Shown here: positions 28,971 through 41,739 of the stretch, in pieces | Layout: every line of letters begins with the position of its first letter | How positions within the stretch are numbered: the first letter of the stretch is position 1 | NCBI RefSeq assembly: GCF_016433145.1 | Contig: NC_058132.1 | Span: forward strand, 165,185,025 to 165,249,024 | DNA from: Gracilinanus agilis | Taxonomy: Eukaryota | DNA length: 64,000 bases | Direction of reading: 5' to 3' | Translations under genes and position numbers: made by a program | Notes under the pieces: model-generated | Seen by the model: the letters and a program-made list of their open reading frames with translations, nothing else | What the model was told of the DNA's origin: nothing | The model's database searches: none

Positions 28971-31900
28971 GGTGGGGAATTAGATAGAGTGCTAGACCTT
29001 CTCTCTAAAATTCTGAAATTGAAACACTAGACCTAGATTGTTCGCTATTTTTCTTGTTCCATTTTTCATATCTGCCCAAAGAAAATAAAAACATCAGTTC
29101 TCAATTCTACATATTTCTGGACATGAGTGGATCAAACAAGAGGTCACTGGTCAAATACATGCAAAGTTCCCCTTGCTGATTTCTTCTTCACAGTTTTCCC
29201 TTCTTCCCTCTCCCTATTTTCTTTTCACTTTCCCCTCCATCCTCTCCCAATTCCCCATTCCCCACATCTCCAATCATCATGAATATTCAACTTCTCTTAG
29301 CCCTACTTTTCTGTGATTCTTCCCCAGTGGAAGAATATCTCCTCAGGTCAGAAAGTGGTTTGCTTTTCTTCTAACCAACCTTGTACAGTCACCCACAGGT
29401 GAAAGAAGGACTGATTATTAACCCTCTCAGCCTTTGTTTCTCATTATGAATTTCCCCACACTCATTGAGAAAACAGATACTAATATATGTCTACCGTTCC
29501 TAGCCTCTCTAAACTTAGAGGTCTCAATCTCTAAATGTAAATGTTTACAAGCCTTCCATTCAAAGGTATATACTGCTTCCTTTAGGCCTCATATCAGCAT
29601 CCCCAGTACAAGAACTTGAGACGGGAATACTAGGAAAACTAGGAGGAACCTAGGGTAAAGAGCAAGGAAGCAAGCAGGTCCAGGATTTTAGAGTTCCCTT
29701 CAGGATGAATTCTCATGTTGATAGCTATCTAAGACTATAGTGAGTCAAGATGACCTGAGCCTAAAGCTGTTACCTCTCCCCCTTTTCTCCACTGGTTTCA
29801 CCCCATGTTGGTGAAGACAAGGCTCGTGTGCCCTGGAGGCATGGAGGGTGCTGCTCCTTCCCCCTTTCTACTTCACCTGAGGACATTTTTTACACATCTT
29901 GCCCTTTGTCCAGCAGACCAATTGGAGCACTTCCTCTGTCCACTCTCTGGGGTAATGAGAGAGGGGGGTCACAGGCAGCTTGAAGGTACAGTCTGGGTAC
30001 ATGATCTCTACAAGGTTCGATAATGCTGAACTAGACCATTGCCAAAACTTTCAGGGATAGAAGAATAGAAAGTAAGAGGCAGGGAGCTGGGGATGAGAAA
30101 ATAATATCATTGGATCTTTTGGAAGGGACCTTAGAGGTTGTCTCAATGCAGATTTCCTTCTTAGAGAACCTTGAGAGAAGATCATCCTGCCTCTGAGTGG
30201 CCACTTTAATGAGGCTGCCCATTATATTTTCAGATAAATCTGATTGTTAGAAAATCTTTCATTATGCTTTAGTGACATTTGCCTATACGGTAACTACCAT
30301 TACAGGTCACACACAGTTCAGACCTCTAGCAGAAAAATGAAAGGTTGGATATCCAGTAGTATGGAGAAAAATCTACTCAGGTCCTAGGTCTTGAGGAAGA
30401 GGAATATTTCAATGGGGCCCTATGCAACTGGGAATGGCATAGCCTGAAGTTTTCTACCCTCTATCACTTTGCTTTCAGATGTCTCAGTGAGTTAAGCTGG
30501 GGCTGGGATAGGGATTTTGTCCAAAGCAGCAATTTCTTACCACTCACTCATCTCCCCCTTCCCACTCCATTCCATTCCACTCCATCTTACCATAGCCTAG
30601 GTTTGGCCATGATTCTCCAGGGTGTTATTTTTAGGGGATGAGGTTGCTGTCATGTAAACTGGGAGGGAGGTGTGGGGACAAGGCCCATGTGTTTTGGACT
30701 CTATTAACTAACTTACCCGCCCCAATCCATCACAGTCTCCCCCCGGGGCCGCTGTAGCCCCAGCAGCTGGGTAACCCCGGGGAGGCTGAGTTGAGGGTCC
30801 CTGAAGGGAGCAAAGCTTCAGGCAGAGCAGCAGAGACACATGTGTGCTGGGGCAGGTTGGGGCTGGCTCCTCATTGGGAAGGGGGCTCTCCAAGCTGGGC
30901 TTCATTAGGACCATGGCACTAATAGGGGAGGGTGTGTGGGGGTTGNNNNNNNNNNNNNNNNNNNNNNNNNNNNNNNNNNNNNNNNNNNNNNNNNNNNNNN
31001 NNNNNNNNNNNNNNNNNNNNNNNNNNNNNNNNNNNNNNNNNNNNNNNNNNNNNNNNNNNNNNNNNNNNNNNNNNNNCATTGTCCGACAAGCAGGGCCTCT
31101 GGATGGATGACCCTTCCCTGGGATCTCTATCTCCTTTATTCCCTCTGCCTCCCAAAAAGGGTCAGAGGTAATCCTCTACCTGGTTAAAGGGCAAGGGCTT
31201 CGGGTACATTTCAAATGAGCTTATTCTAGAAATGTAGGGAGGTTGTGGGGGCTTGGGACTTGGGGGTCACACTAGCAAATCTGAGAGCCAAATGATACAT
31301 TTACATGTTCCCCCCTGCCCCAAATAGGAACAGAGCCTGTCAAAGCAATCTTCTCCCTTGCCTCCTTGGAGAGAAAAGCCACACAAGACATACCCTTTTC
31401 CCCATTGCTTAAGTCTCCAGGCCATGGAAGTGGGTGGGGGGTGGCAGGGATTGAGGAATAGTCTTGGTGAGAAGAGCAAGATCTGGGGTAAAAGGATAAA
31501 AGGAACAAAAGCTATGGAGAGAATTTGGGGAAAGGAATAGGAGTTAGAGGAACAGGATCAGGGACTGAAGAGAAAGCTTTGGAGCCAGAGATGGGGGGCT
31601 GAGAGAAGAGCAGGGAGTGGGGTGGGGGAGATCTGGGAGGGGTCAAGAAGAAGAAACTTCATAGTTATGTCTCAGGTCAGTTATCAGTGACCATTCATTC
31701 ATATGTTGTGTCATTGCAGATCTGAAAAAGAGGTTGTAAGGAGGGGACTTGGAGGACCCCATGCCCTCCTCTGGCATCTCTAATGCAATTCCCAAGGGAA
31801 CCCAACACTCCCCTCCCCCAAAGTCTCCTTTTCTAGGAAAAAGCCTATAGTGCAGGGTAGCAGAAGAAAGAAGGGAAAGGGAGGTGGAGTGAGAGTGGGG

Positions 31901-33639
31901 GTGCTCTCCTTTGGATAATCCTCTCATTACCATCTCATAATCAGAATCACGCTTTCAATGTAAATGGGGCTGTTAAATATTAGTTTCTCCAGACGCAGGC
32001 TCCTCTGGAGTAAATCACAATGTTCCCCATAATCCCCTCACCCCTTCACTCCTCTAACAGAGATTTACTCCAAGACTGGGCAGCTCAACATGGAAGGGTG
32101 TCAGTATGGAAAGGATGTTAGGTCAGTTTAACCTCAGTGTACAAATAATGCTAAGTTACTCTTTATATATTACTTCAAGGTTTGCAAAATGCTACAAACT
32201 ATTCTATTTGGCCTTCACAACAATCCTATAAAGTTGAATATTAGTGTCCCATGTTACAAGATGAAGAAATAGCCTCTGAAATATAAATGACTTACTCATG
32301 GTCAGGCATAGATGTCAGAGACTAGATTTGGATAAAGGTCAAATCCAGCATTTTATTGACTACCTAAAGCTTTTTTTTCCCCCTTAAAACTAAATTATAT
32401 ATATTTTTCTAATTAAGATCTTATCTGCCTTCCTTCCCTCTTATGTCACCCTACCACCCCCTTCCCTGATTGAGAAAGCAAGAAAAACAAACTTACTATT
32501 ATATTAACACAGTTAAACAAAACATGCATATGTTGAGATGTCTTATGAATATTGGAAGTATTTACAAAAAAACTCATCTGAGTTTTGCTTTCACCGGGCC
32601 CCAGCAAGGTTTTCCTAATTCTGAAGAAGATTCACTAAAGAAAACTGACCCACTCCAAACTCATCAAAAAACTATCTTTGCTGATTGGCTTCTGGTCTCA
32701 AAGCATTCATGGCCCACTGGAGATCAATAAATACAGTATGGTAGATTTTGGTGTCAGACTTCTGGAGGGGAAGGATGTTGCCACTGGGGAATGGAGGGTC
32801 TTTGCCCAGTCTCACTTCAGACATTTATAGTATCTTCTAGAGATGTGGTTAATATTTTTCTTTCAGGCATGTGCAAAATCAGCTTGTATTTCGGTCAGCA
32901 CAACACGAAGAGGGATTTTGGTGGGAAGATCTTAGTTGGAGTAATTTGTTTCCTTCCAAAGAAAGGAGAGGGTTCTGACCTTTTGCCATGTTGAAGATGT
33001 GAAGGCAGAGGGTGGTTGGTGGTAAAAGAATGTATCCTGCACTAAGGATGGAAGTATATAAACTGCATTGAGATTTTTGAAAAATTTTATATAAACACCT
33101 TGGGGTGAAGGGAGGGTGGTCAAGTGTGAGCCATCAGCTTTGCCATGCTCATTGTTCAATCTCTAGGCCCCTTACTACAGAAAAGTTCATTTTCCTGCCT
33201 GTCCACTCATTTGGGGTGTTCTTCCCCTTACTGTCTGACCTTTAAAGAGAAAGGATTTAAATAGAGTTGGCAAATCCTTTGTTTAATATTGGGGTTGGGA
33301 CAGGGATAGGAGAAGGGAGTGCTGGCCCTCTAATCTTGGTTCCTTCTACTTAGAAAATATATGTAAGAATAGGTAACTTTTATAGTGTGAAGAAGTCTTT
33401 GGTTCTTTAGATCAGTCTTTTCAATTCGGTTCAATTTAGTTCAATTCAATTCAAGTTGTTTCAATTCAACAAATATTTAGGTGCCGATTATATATAAGCC
33501 ACTATGTTTCCTTTTGGGAATACAGATATTAAAAAAACAACATAACTCACGACATAAGGAAGCTTCTATTTTTATTTGAAATTGGGGTTTGGACACAAGA
33601 ATTTAAGTAGGGAGGGGAGAGGGGCGGGAGCCAGATTTC

Positions 33640-34340
33640 GTTTGCATCTAGGGCGGTAGGACAAAGGACTTCCCCTTCTCTTGGAGTTGGATCATTTGGG
33701 ACAGGATAAGCATGGAACTGTATGTGGCCTGAGCTGACCTGCTCCTGGAGAAGGAGGGAGATGCCTTCGGAGAGCCCCTTCCCCCAGGACAGGGACTGTT
33801 TCCGTTGCTCTGCTCCCTGGCTCCCTCCGTTTAGCTTTCTCCTCATTAACTCTCTGGCCTCATTAATCAGCCCAGATGAAACGCGCCCCAGGGAATGCAG
33901 ACCGCCCCCTCTGCAGCTTGGTGCTTTAATTACCCTCCCGGCAGGGGAGCTGGCCGCACGGGTGAACACTCACCCTCCTACCCAGGACCCCCTCCACCCC
34001 CAGCGAACACACCACACATTGGCACATGCGCACAGAGCTAGGGCTAGCCGGAGGTGAGTGGAAAGGCTGTGACCCTGCTGCTGCTGAAGGGACTGACGCT
34101 GCGGGCTGAGTTCCCTGGTCATTTCACCAGTCAGGGAGAGCCGTAGTATCTGCCTACCCCAGGTGCCAGGTGGGCCAAAAGGTGGGAGTGGCGCTTCTGT
34201 GGGGCACGAGCCTGTCAGCTCACCTATTTCCATCCTCCCCCTTGTACAGCCTGAGAGGAAGTTTTCTGTCCCAAGTTGATGGTTATATTCATACCGCCAT
34301 AGGTTAGGTATGCCAGGTAAGCATCCGCCTAGAACGCAAG
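33640..34340. promoter_or_regulatory. Upstream CpG-rich island with homeodomain motifs
   Basis: Dense CpG; CATTAA twice, TTAATTA, GC box GGGGCGGG near 33622. Confidence 0.55.
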
Positions 34341-34344
34341 CCCT

Positions 34345-34567
34345 CCCCGTTGGAGAACCTTTTCCGAGTTCGAGTGCCCAGAGGGCAAATCCAAGCTGTC
34401 TGCGAGCCCCCAGATTACCAGAGACCGCTGAGGGAGAAAGTGCTTGCTTTCGGCTGCTGGACAGAGGGATGGGACATGCATAAAATGTCCCGGGCTCTAG
34501 GAAGAGGGGGAACGGAGCTGCTGCCCAAGTGCCGGCTCTGCAAGAGTGCCAGGTCTTCCCCAGCGCT
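34345..34567 (+). mobile_element. hAT-type (Charlie/OC1-like) MITE, CpG-retaining copy
   Basis: Ends resemble CAGTG(A/T)TGGCGAACC TIRs (GTTGGAGAACC ... GGTCTTCCCCAGCGCTG); aligns along its length with 47201-47387. Confidence 0.55.
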
Positions 34568-34640
34568 GACCTAGGAGAACCCAAGAAGGGAATTTGAAGA
34601 ATCTGTGATTACTTCAAGCATTGATACTCCCTTCATTAAT

Positions 34641-34833
34641 TTTTTTAACTCTTATTTTCTTAGAATCAGTAATAAGTATTGATTCCAAGGCAAAAGAGTG
34701 GTAAAGAATAGGCACTGGGGTTGAGTGACTTACCCAGGGTCTCTCAGTTAGGAAGTATCTGAGACCAGATTTGAACCCAGTTCCTCCCAATTCCAGGTTT
34801 GATGTTCTGTCCACTCTGCTACCTAACTGTCCC
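34641..34833 (-). mobile_element. SINE1_Mdo-type SINE with TSD
   Basis: Near-TSD TCCCTTCAT(T/C)AAT at 34628-34640 and 34834-34846. Confidence 0.8.
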
Positions 34834-35159
34834 TCCCTTCATCAATTTTTAAAGTATTATTTATCTCTAGATTATGTCCTAAAGCTATAAGGATGGCCCA
34901 TAATTAATCTAATACAGATAAATGCTTGCTTATGTGCAAATATAGAGAAAGACATAACTTGGACAGTCGATGTAGATGGACAGTGAGCTGGGCCTAATTA
35001 AATGTGAGGCAGTGAGCAGACTTTGGGAAACTTGGAAGTACTTAGAATGTATGATTCCCAATCTACTGGTTGCCCCCAAAGCCCAGTTTCTTTGCCATCA
35101 ATATTCTAGTAATGCTATATAACTTCCACTCATGGAATACCATTGGAGGAAGCTGAATT

Positions 35160-35410
35160 ATAAAAATAATTGCTAACATTTATATGATACTTACTATGTG
35201 CTATGCACTACCCTAAGTGCTTTACAATTATTTTATTTTATCTGCACAATAACCCTGGGGGGTAGGTGCTATTATATCTATTTTACAGATGAGGAAACTG
35301 AGTTTGAGGGAGGTAAAAACAGACTTGCTCAGAGTCATGCAAGAGTTTGAGGCTGGATTAGAACTAAGGTCTTCCTGACTCCATATCCTGTAGGTCACCT
35401 AGCTGCCAAT
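35160..35410. mobile_element. MIR/CORE-type SINE
   Basis: GCTAACATTTATATGATACTT...TTTTACAGATGAGGAAACTGAG. Confidence 0.7.
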
Positions 35411-36289
35411 TACAAGAAACAGAATGAGCAGTAGATACCTGCTGGTGCCAGTGAGCTTTAGAAGATTACTAACAAAGACTTCCATTCCATAAGTGAGGCA
35501 AAATAAAACAAACACAAACTATTACATTAAAAAATGGCTGGGCTTGGCTCTAACTTGCCTCTGAAGGTAGGTGGGAATATCTTGGTTCCTAAACTTGATT
35601 ATGGGACTTCTCCCAAGGCCTCTGATAGTTAAGATGAGGCTGGGGATGGGTTGGGGGTGGGGAGTGCAAAGGGCCAGGGGACCACCCATTTCTCTATAGA
35701 TTCGGTGCTGAAAGCAACCTAGGCCAACCTTGAACTCTATGCAAATCCAATGCAGTGGTAAATTCCTTATCTCTGCTACTGACTTAGTCATGCTCATTTC
35801 TAAACAAGTGCTAGTTTCTTATCTACTGCTCAATTTATTTTGGAGGTTCTTTTTGAGGCCAGCATCAGATTTCCTAGGAATCTGATGCTTTGAGAACTTC
35901 AAATCCCACAGATAGATAGATGCAATGATAAAGGAGGAGAAAGCCAGATTTTCCTTAAATCCAAATGTGCACCGAATAGTAGTAGATCAGTGAGTCACAA
36001 AGAGAAGCATCAAGATGTTCTGTTTGGGGGCTTACGTATCTCTCTCTCCCCTTCCTAACTGTATTTTGGTCAGTCTTATCTTTGTCTCTTTTACCCCATT
36101 GTCTCTTTTTCTGCCTCTGTCTCTATACATGACTGTCTGTCTCCTCACTGTCTCTCTCACACTCTGTTTTTCTGTCTTTGTCTCTTTTTCTTTCCCTCTC
36201 TTCATTCTTTCTCTCTACCCCCACCCTCATCCCATAAACCATATCTCTTCTGCTAAGAATGACCCATCTCTTGAACGTGTCTGCGGCCC

Positions 36290-37200
36290 TGGCAGCTCAT
36301 TTAAGAAAGAAATGTCCCGGTCTTGGTTGGGGGGGGGGGGGGGGATGGGGAAACAAGGGAAGAAGGGCGGGGAAGCGAAGGGAGGGGAAGAGGAGTACAG
36401 AAGAGGTCCTGGCCCAGGCCGCTAGCCAGACGCCTCTGTGATTGCCAACTGGGGAAACTTACAATAGCGCAATCAGTTAGACTGAGTAAGTGGGCAGAGG
36501 GCTCGGGCTGGAAACCCTGATCCAGTGGATGAGTCTATTCATTTTCTCCTAACCTAAATCCTAATCTTCATACCCAACCCCGCCCCCAAATCGTCCTCAT
36601 ATTAGATTGTATGAGGCCCCATCTCCTGGCTCTCCTATACTGTTCTACCTTAACGGAATACTTGGGGGTCTGGCCTTGGTATTAGGGCGGTGGTCAAAGT
36701 TTTCCTCCGTCGGTTGTTTTTGCTTCATGCCTCTCTTATCCAGGTTTTGGGAAGTGATAAAAACCCACCCGATTACATCAGTTATTATTAAGAGTACCTA
36801 TCTTCCTCCACTCTTAGTCTAGCTACACAGATTATTTATCTGTCCGCTGTTCCCTTCGCGCTCCACTACCTCCCCCCCCCCCCCCCCACTCCCAGCAACG
36901 CACTTCTAGTTGGGTCAGGCTAATGAGTTCCTCTCCCACCTTCTCCCATTGTATTTATGTTGGGGTGTACTAGGGTCTCCGCGGTGCGATGGAGAGTGAC
37001 CAGGCGGCTGCGACCCCCGCTTCACACCTGCTCCCCCCGCCCCCCGCCCGGGGCCCGGCTCGGGGTCTTCTCCCTCCTCCCACCCCGCGGGAGGGGTCTC
37101 AGCTGGGGCTGTACTTGGTAAAGAGGCCTTGGAGAGGCAGGTCTGCGAGAAGGAGCGATAAATTTGGAGCAGATGCGGCCTGACAGTCACCCTGCCCGGG
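36290..37200. promoter_or_regulatory. Second upstream CpG-rich island with promoter-like elements
   Basis: Dense CpG; GC boxes at 36578-36587 and ~37035-37050; GATAAAT at 37157-37163 followed by CAGATG at 37170-37175. Confidence 0.55.
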
Positions 37201-38699
37201 GAGATGGGGGAGGGCACATCTCCTAAAACCCAGCCCCAATCCCCATTTCTTCAGCTGAGTTTCTGGCTGGGTCCAGGAATAGGTCACTGAGGGCCATGCA
37301 GAGAGAGGCTGGCTGACACAGTGTATGTGATAGGGACGGGAAATCCCTCTGCAGATCTCATAATGTGGGATCCTTCGAAAGGGAGAAAGGTTACCTATAT
37401 GTCCTGAAGGCAACAAGGGCAGAGATAGGCTGGGAGTGAAGATTCTAGGTTCCAGTTTTGTTTGTTACTATTACACAAAAAAGGAGGAGGAGGAGGAGAG
37501 GGAGAAGGAGAAGGAAAAGGAGAAGGAGAAGTACAGATAGAAAGTGAGAGTCCAATATAGGATTTGGGAAGGCAGAGTTTCGGGGGCCAAGAAATAATAA
37601 TAGTAATAATAATTCATGTTGATACGAATTTAAGATTTACAAAGTACTCTCCTCACAACAGCAAGATGATTTAGGTAATATGGAGTATTATTGTACTAAT
37701 TTTCGTATGAAGAAACTGAGGTGCAGAAAAGTGTAATAAGTTATACAAAATCATATGATTAGTAAGAATCACCATAGAAACGTAATTCCTGACTCTGAAC
37801 TCGAAATCCAGGAATCTTTCTAATTTGAGAATTCTCAATAAAGATCCTCTGACTTTCTGTAAGACAAAGAAAGGACAAGTGGCTATACCTTGAACAAGAC
37901 AATGAAACAGACTTGAAAGTGATAGAATAAGGAGCAAGGAAATTGAAATTGGATTTGGGGAAGAGCTAGAATATGGACTAAATTTACTTTAGATTTTCTG
38001 TGGGGTCACTTTGAGCTGAGTGGTTAATTCAAAGTCTTTTAGTCTCAGGACTTTGACATCATGGCCATTTTGTATACATAGGATGACTGGTTTGTTTGTT
38101 TGTGCATGTCCAGGGCATCAATGTCAGGCTGATACTGTCAAATACTTCTGGAATAACAACAATCTTTTCACAGAGCTAGACTGCTTCTGCTCTTGCTGCC
38201 ATCTAGGAATCAAGAAAACTGATTCAGAAGTAAATATGTATATATAGAACCCAGTATTCTATATGTAACGACAGTGTAGCTTTCTTGGAAAAGAACATTT
38301 ATAGGTTGGAGAAAGAACTAAGGCATTCAGTGTTGGAAGAGATCTCCATAAGCCATTAATATTTATTTAGTTTCTATCAGGGTTCACCAAATTCTGATTC
38401 CCTTAGGAATCCCTGGTATTTTCCAGAATTTTAGCTCTTTTAATTATTAAAATAAAATTTTCTCTTCAACTGGAGATTTTGGGCACCCCCTAGAGGAAAA
38501 TTACAATTTTGCTCTCTATTCAGTCAGAGTGAAACAAGTACAATTCCTAATTTTTTCCAGATTCTGTTATCTATTAGCTGCTATGGAATCCTTAAAATTG
38601 TTAGTTTGTCTAGCAAACTTTACCTAATTGTTAAAATGCTTAAATATGATTCCCTGAGTCTTATTGGAAGAGACCAAGATATTATAAGGCTTATCTTAC

Positions 38700-39140
38700 A
38701 TGGATAATCACAGTACATTGGAGCTGGAAGAGACAGTAGAGCTCATTCAGTTCAATCTCCTTCATTTATAGCTGATTAACTGAAGCCCTGAGAGATGAGG
38801 TGACTTTTTCCAGATTCACATGGCTCATAAGTGGCATAATCAGACCTGAACATAGACCTTCTCATTCCAAGTCTAACAGACTTTCCACCAAATTTTCAAA
38901 ACTAAGAATTGTGGTAGACAGAGATCTGAACTTTAAGTCACAAAGACCTGAGTTCAAGCCCTACTTTGGGCACTTACTTAACTGTATAAGCCTGGGCAAA
39001 TCACTTAACCTCTGCCTGCTTAAGTTTCCTCCTGTGTAAAGTAGGCTAAAGTAGTAAGATTATTGAGAGGATCAAATGATATAACATAAGTAAAACTCTT
39101 TGAAAACCTCAGAGTATTATATAAATTCTAGGTATTATTA
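38700..39140. mobile_element. Two adjacent MIR/CORE-type SINEs in opposite orientation
   Basis: GAGCTGGAAGAGAC...GTGACTTTTTCCAG, then GGGCAAATCACTTAACCTC...AGTTTCCTC. Confidence 0.6.
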
Positions 39141-39377
39141 TTATTGCTATTATATAAATACTAGCTAGTATTGTTATATCAAAGTAGGCAGCCAGTATTT
39201 GTTGAACTGAAGAATGGATACCTCAATCTATGCCTTTTCATTACTCATTAACTTTAGCAGTGATTAATGGAAAAATGAATCTGTAAGCTTCATTCACTAA
39301 TGTCTGAAGCTCAGAACAATTTGAGCATGTCTACTTGTTTTAGGACCATCCATACTCCTTAAGTTTCTCCTAATTGG

Positions 39378-39582
39378 GACTTGGTGACCCTATAGCACAC
39401 GTACCAGAGGGGCTCCTCCCCTCCCTCTCTCCACTGAGTCTAAGGACATTTCTCACATAACCTGCCCCTCTGCCCAGCAGCCCAGTGGGAGGACTTCCTC
39501 CTGTCTGGGGTAAGGTGGGGAGTGAAGTGGCTCACATGTGCCAGTTTGGGCACTTAGTCTCTTAAAAAGTTCATCATCACTG
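39378..39582. mobile_element. hAT-type (Charlie/OC1-like) MITE
   Basis: Right end AAAAGTTCATCATCACTG is a reversed CAGTGATG.TGAACTTTT TIR; left end TTGGTGACCCTATAGCACACGTACCAG. Confidence 0.6.
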
Positions 39583-41739
39583 CCCTAAGCCCTATCAAAA
39601 TATTTGCAGCATATTTTGAGCTAGTTGAGTTCAAGTTATGATCTAGGAATTCTCACTGAAGGACTAATTTCACACACCCTCATGGCTGGGGGCTAAGCAC
39701 TTGTCCTTTTGTGAACACTGAATATCAGGTTAGGAGGGAGAGAAGGAATGCAGTGACATCATAAACTAGAGATATGAGAAAATAGAAGCCCGGCTGGATG
39801 ACATTTTATTTTCTACCGCTAGGTGACAGTACTCTCCTGGTGAAAACCTCTTCTCCTAAGAGTTCATCTTCCTTAAATTTGAGACCAGATTGCCTTGGCA
39901 GATCTATGATCTCATCACTCCATTACTCATGAGTCAGGTACTTCCTCTATCAACTCAAATCACAATCCAGCCACACTTTCTTGCCCTGCGCCATTTTTAT
40001 TCAAGTTTGTTCCATCGTTGAGCCACATGACAGCCAGCAAATGGAAATGTCTGTCTGAGTGTTCAGACCATATCCAAGATTGGGAATCACATAATAATAG
40101 ACCCATTGCATCTTGTTGCTATGGCATTTCTGTAAAGCATGAATTTCCCAGGATCAACGGAGTAGGTGTAAAGGCAGCCAACCAAACTTTTGCTACTGGT
40201 TCTAAGAACTTCCAAGTGAATAGGTTATTAAATGTTGGAGTGGAGATTACATGGAGCTCTTAGGGAAGAATCAGAGAGGCTTTCTATAATATTTTCATAT
40301 ATACCTCTCCCTGCTTTAAGGTAAATCTTTGACAAATAAGGCACCTTTTAGGACTGGAGATCAAGACAGACCACACCTCTGGGTCAAAGCCAAGGGAATT
40401 AGTGGTAACTCCAAACAGATGGGTAGTTTGGCTAAGCTATTGCTCTTCCAGATCTTGGGAGAAGTTCATACTCTTCTTCATTTTCCCTATAACTTTGGGC
40501 TGGCTGATCCCAAGCTTCAAGATAGTTGCGGGGTGGGGATGGGGAGGGGTAACTAGTACTATTTAGTTCAGCATATCAGCTGATTTGAGAAGTTCTCAGT
40601 TACTTCAGTTATGTTTATGTACACTGGCATGTTTATAGCTACAGAAGTAAGGATTCTGAGCAGAAGTACAAGCAGATAGGTTCAAATAGAAACCTAAAGT
40701 CTCTAATATCTGCAGAAATGTCAAAACACAGTCAATCAAAAAGTATTTATTGAGTGCCCTGTGGGCATTCAATGTAGCATAGTACTTCACTCTTCACTGA
40801 AATCCATTAAAACAATTACCAGGTCATGCTTGGAAATTTTCCTCACTAAGGAATTTGCTTTAGTTGCAGGGTTAGCATGACCTGATCTGGAATTCAATAC
40901 CAACATCCCATTTAGTTAAGTAACTCCTACATAAAATAGTATTCAGAACCTCTGAACTGAGGAAGCTATATATATGTATTTGTGTACCCATGAACATATT
41001 CTACTGAAGACCTTGTGGAGCTAATATCTATGGTAGAATGGAACAATTAGAAAAATTAATGAATTATCCTTTATTTGCACTTCAAACAAAGAGCTAATTG
41101 CTTGTTTACTTAACAGGTTGTGCTTGGATTATGCTCTATTAGTGACCATGAATAAATGAAACCGGTTTTGCATTCACAAATATGTTTGAATTTCATATTC
41201 CTGTATTTCCAACCAGAAGCTCAAGCTTGGCAAACATTTCTAAGGAAATACTTCTTTTCAAGACAGAAATCTAGATTTAAACAATATTTTAGTTTTTAGA
41301 ATTAATGTACAAGCAGAGGAAGAATTCATTTTTCCTGATGTTAACAAAAGAAACATTTAGCTATAGATGCATTTTCACATATTCCTGAAAATCTGGGTAC
41401 ATGTATATATTAGAGGGAGAATTTAAGATTTTTATCTTTCTGGCAGATTAAATAATATTTGGGGTGGTTTGCTATTAATTGCTTTCTTTTGAGATTTTTA
41501 CATCCTGTAGTAATCTTCTCAATCCTGTACCAGATCTTTCCTACAAGTGTGAGTTAACACAATCTCTTTTCCACAGAAATAGATACCTGTTAACTAGAGG
41601 AGGGAAAGGGTATGGAGCAAAGAGATCAAGAAGCATTATTTTGGAGGAATCAATTTTATTAGAAAATTCTATCAGCCTCTGTTGTCAGACTTACTTTCCC
41701 AACTATTGTGAAGTAGGGAATTTTTTGTATCGGGAAAAT

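Noticed and set aside
30591-30658. Second candidate minus-strand exon (68 nt) next to the 84-nt one
   Set aside because: The implied intron is only 58 nt, too short for typical mammalian splicing, and all frames contain stops
33970-34584. 204-aa minus-strand ORF in the CpG island
   Set aside because: It spans a MITE and GC-rich regulatory DNA, has no domain-like features and no supported start
37990-41700. Possible processed pseudogene or transposase remnants around 38.0-38.3 kb and 40.0-41.5 kb
   Set aside because: Hand translation gave no recognisable protein; a translated search would be needed
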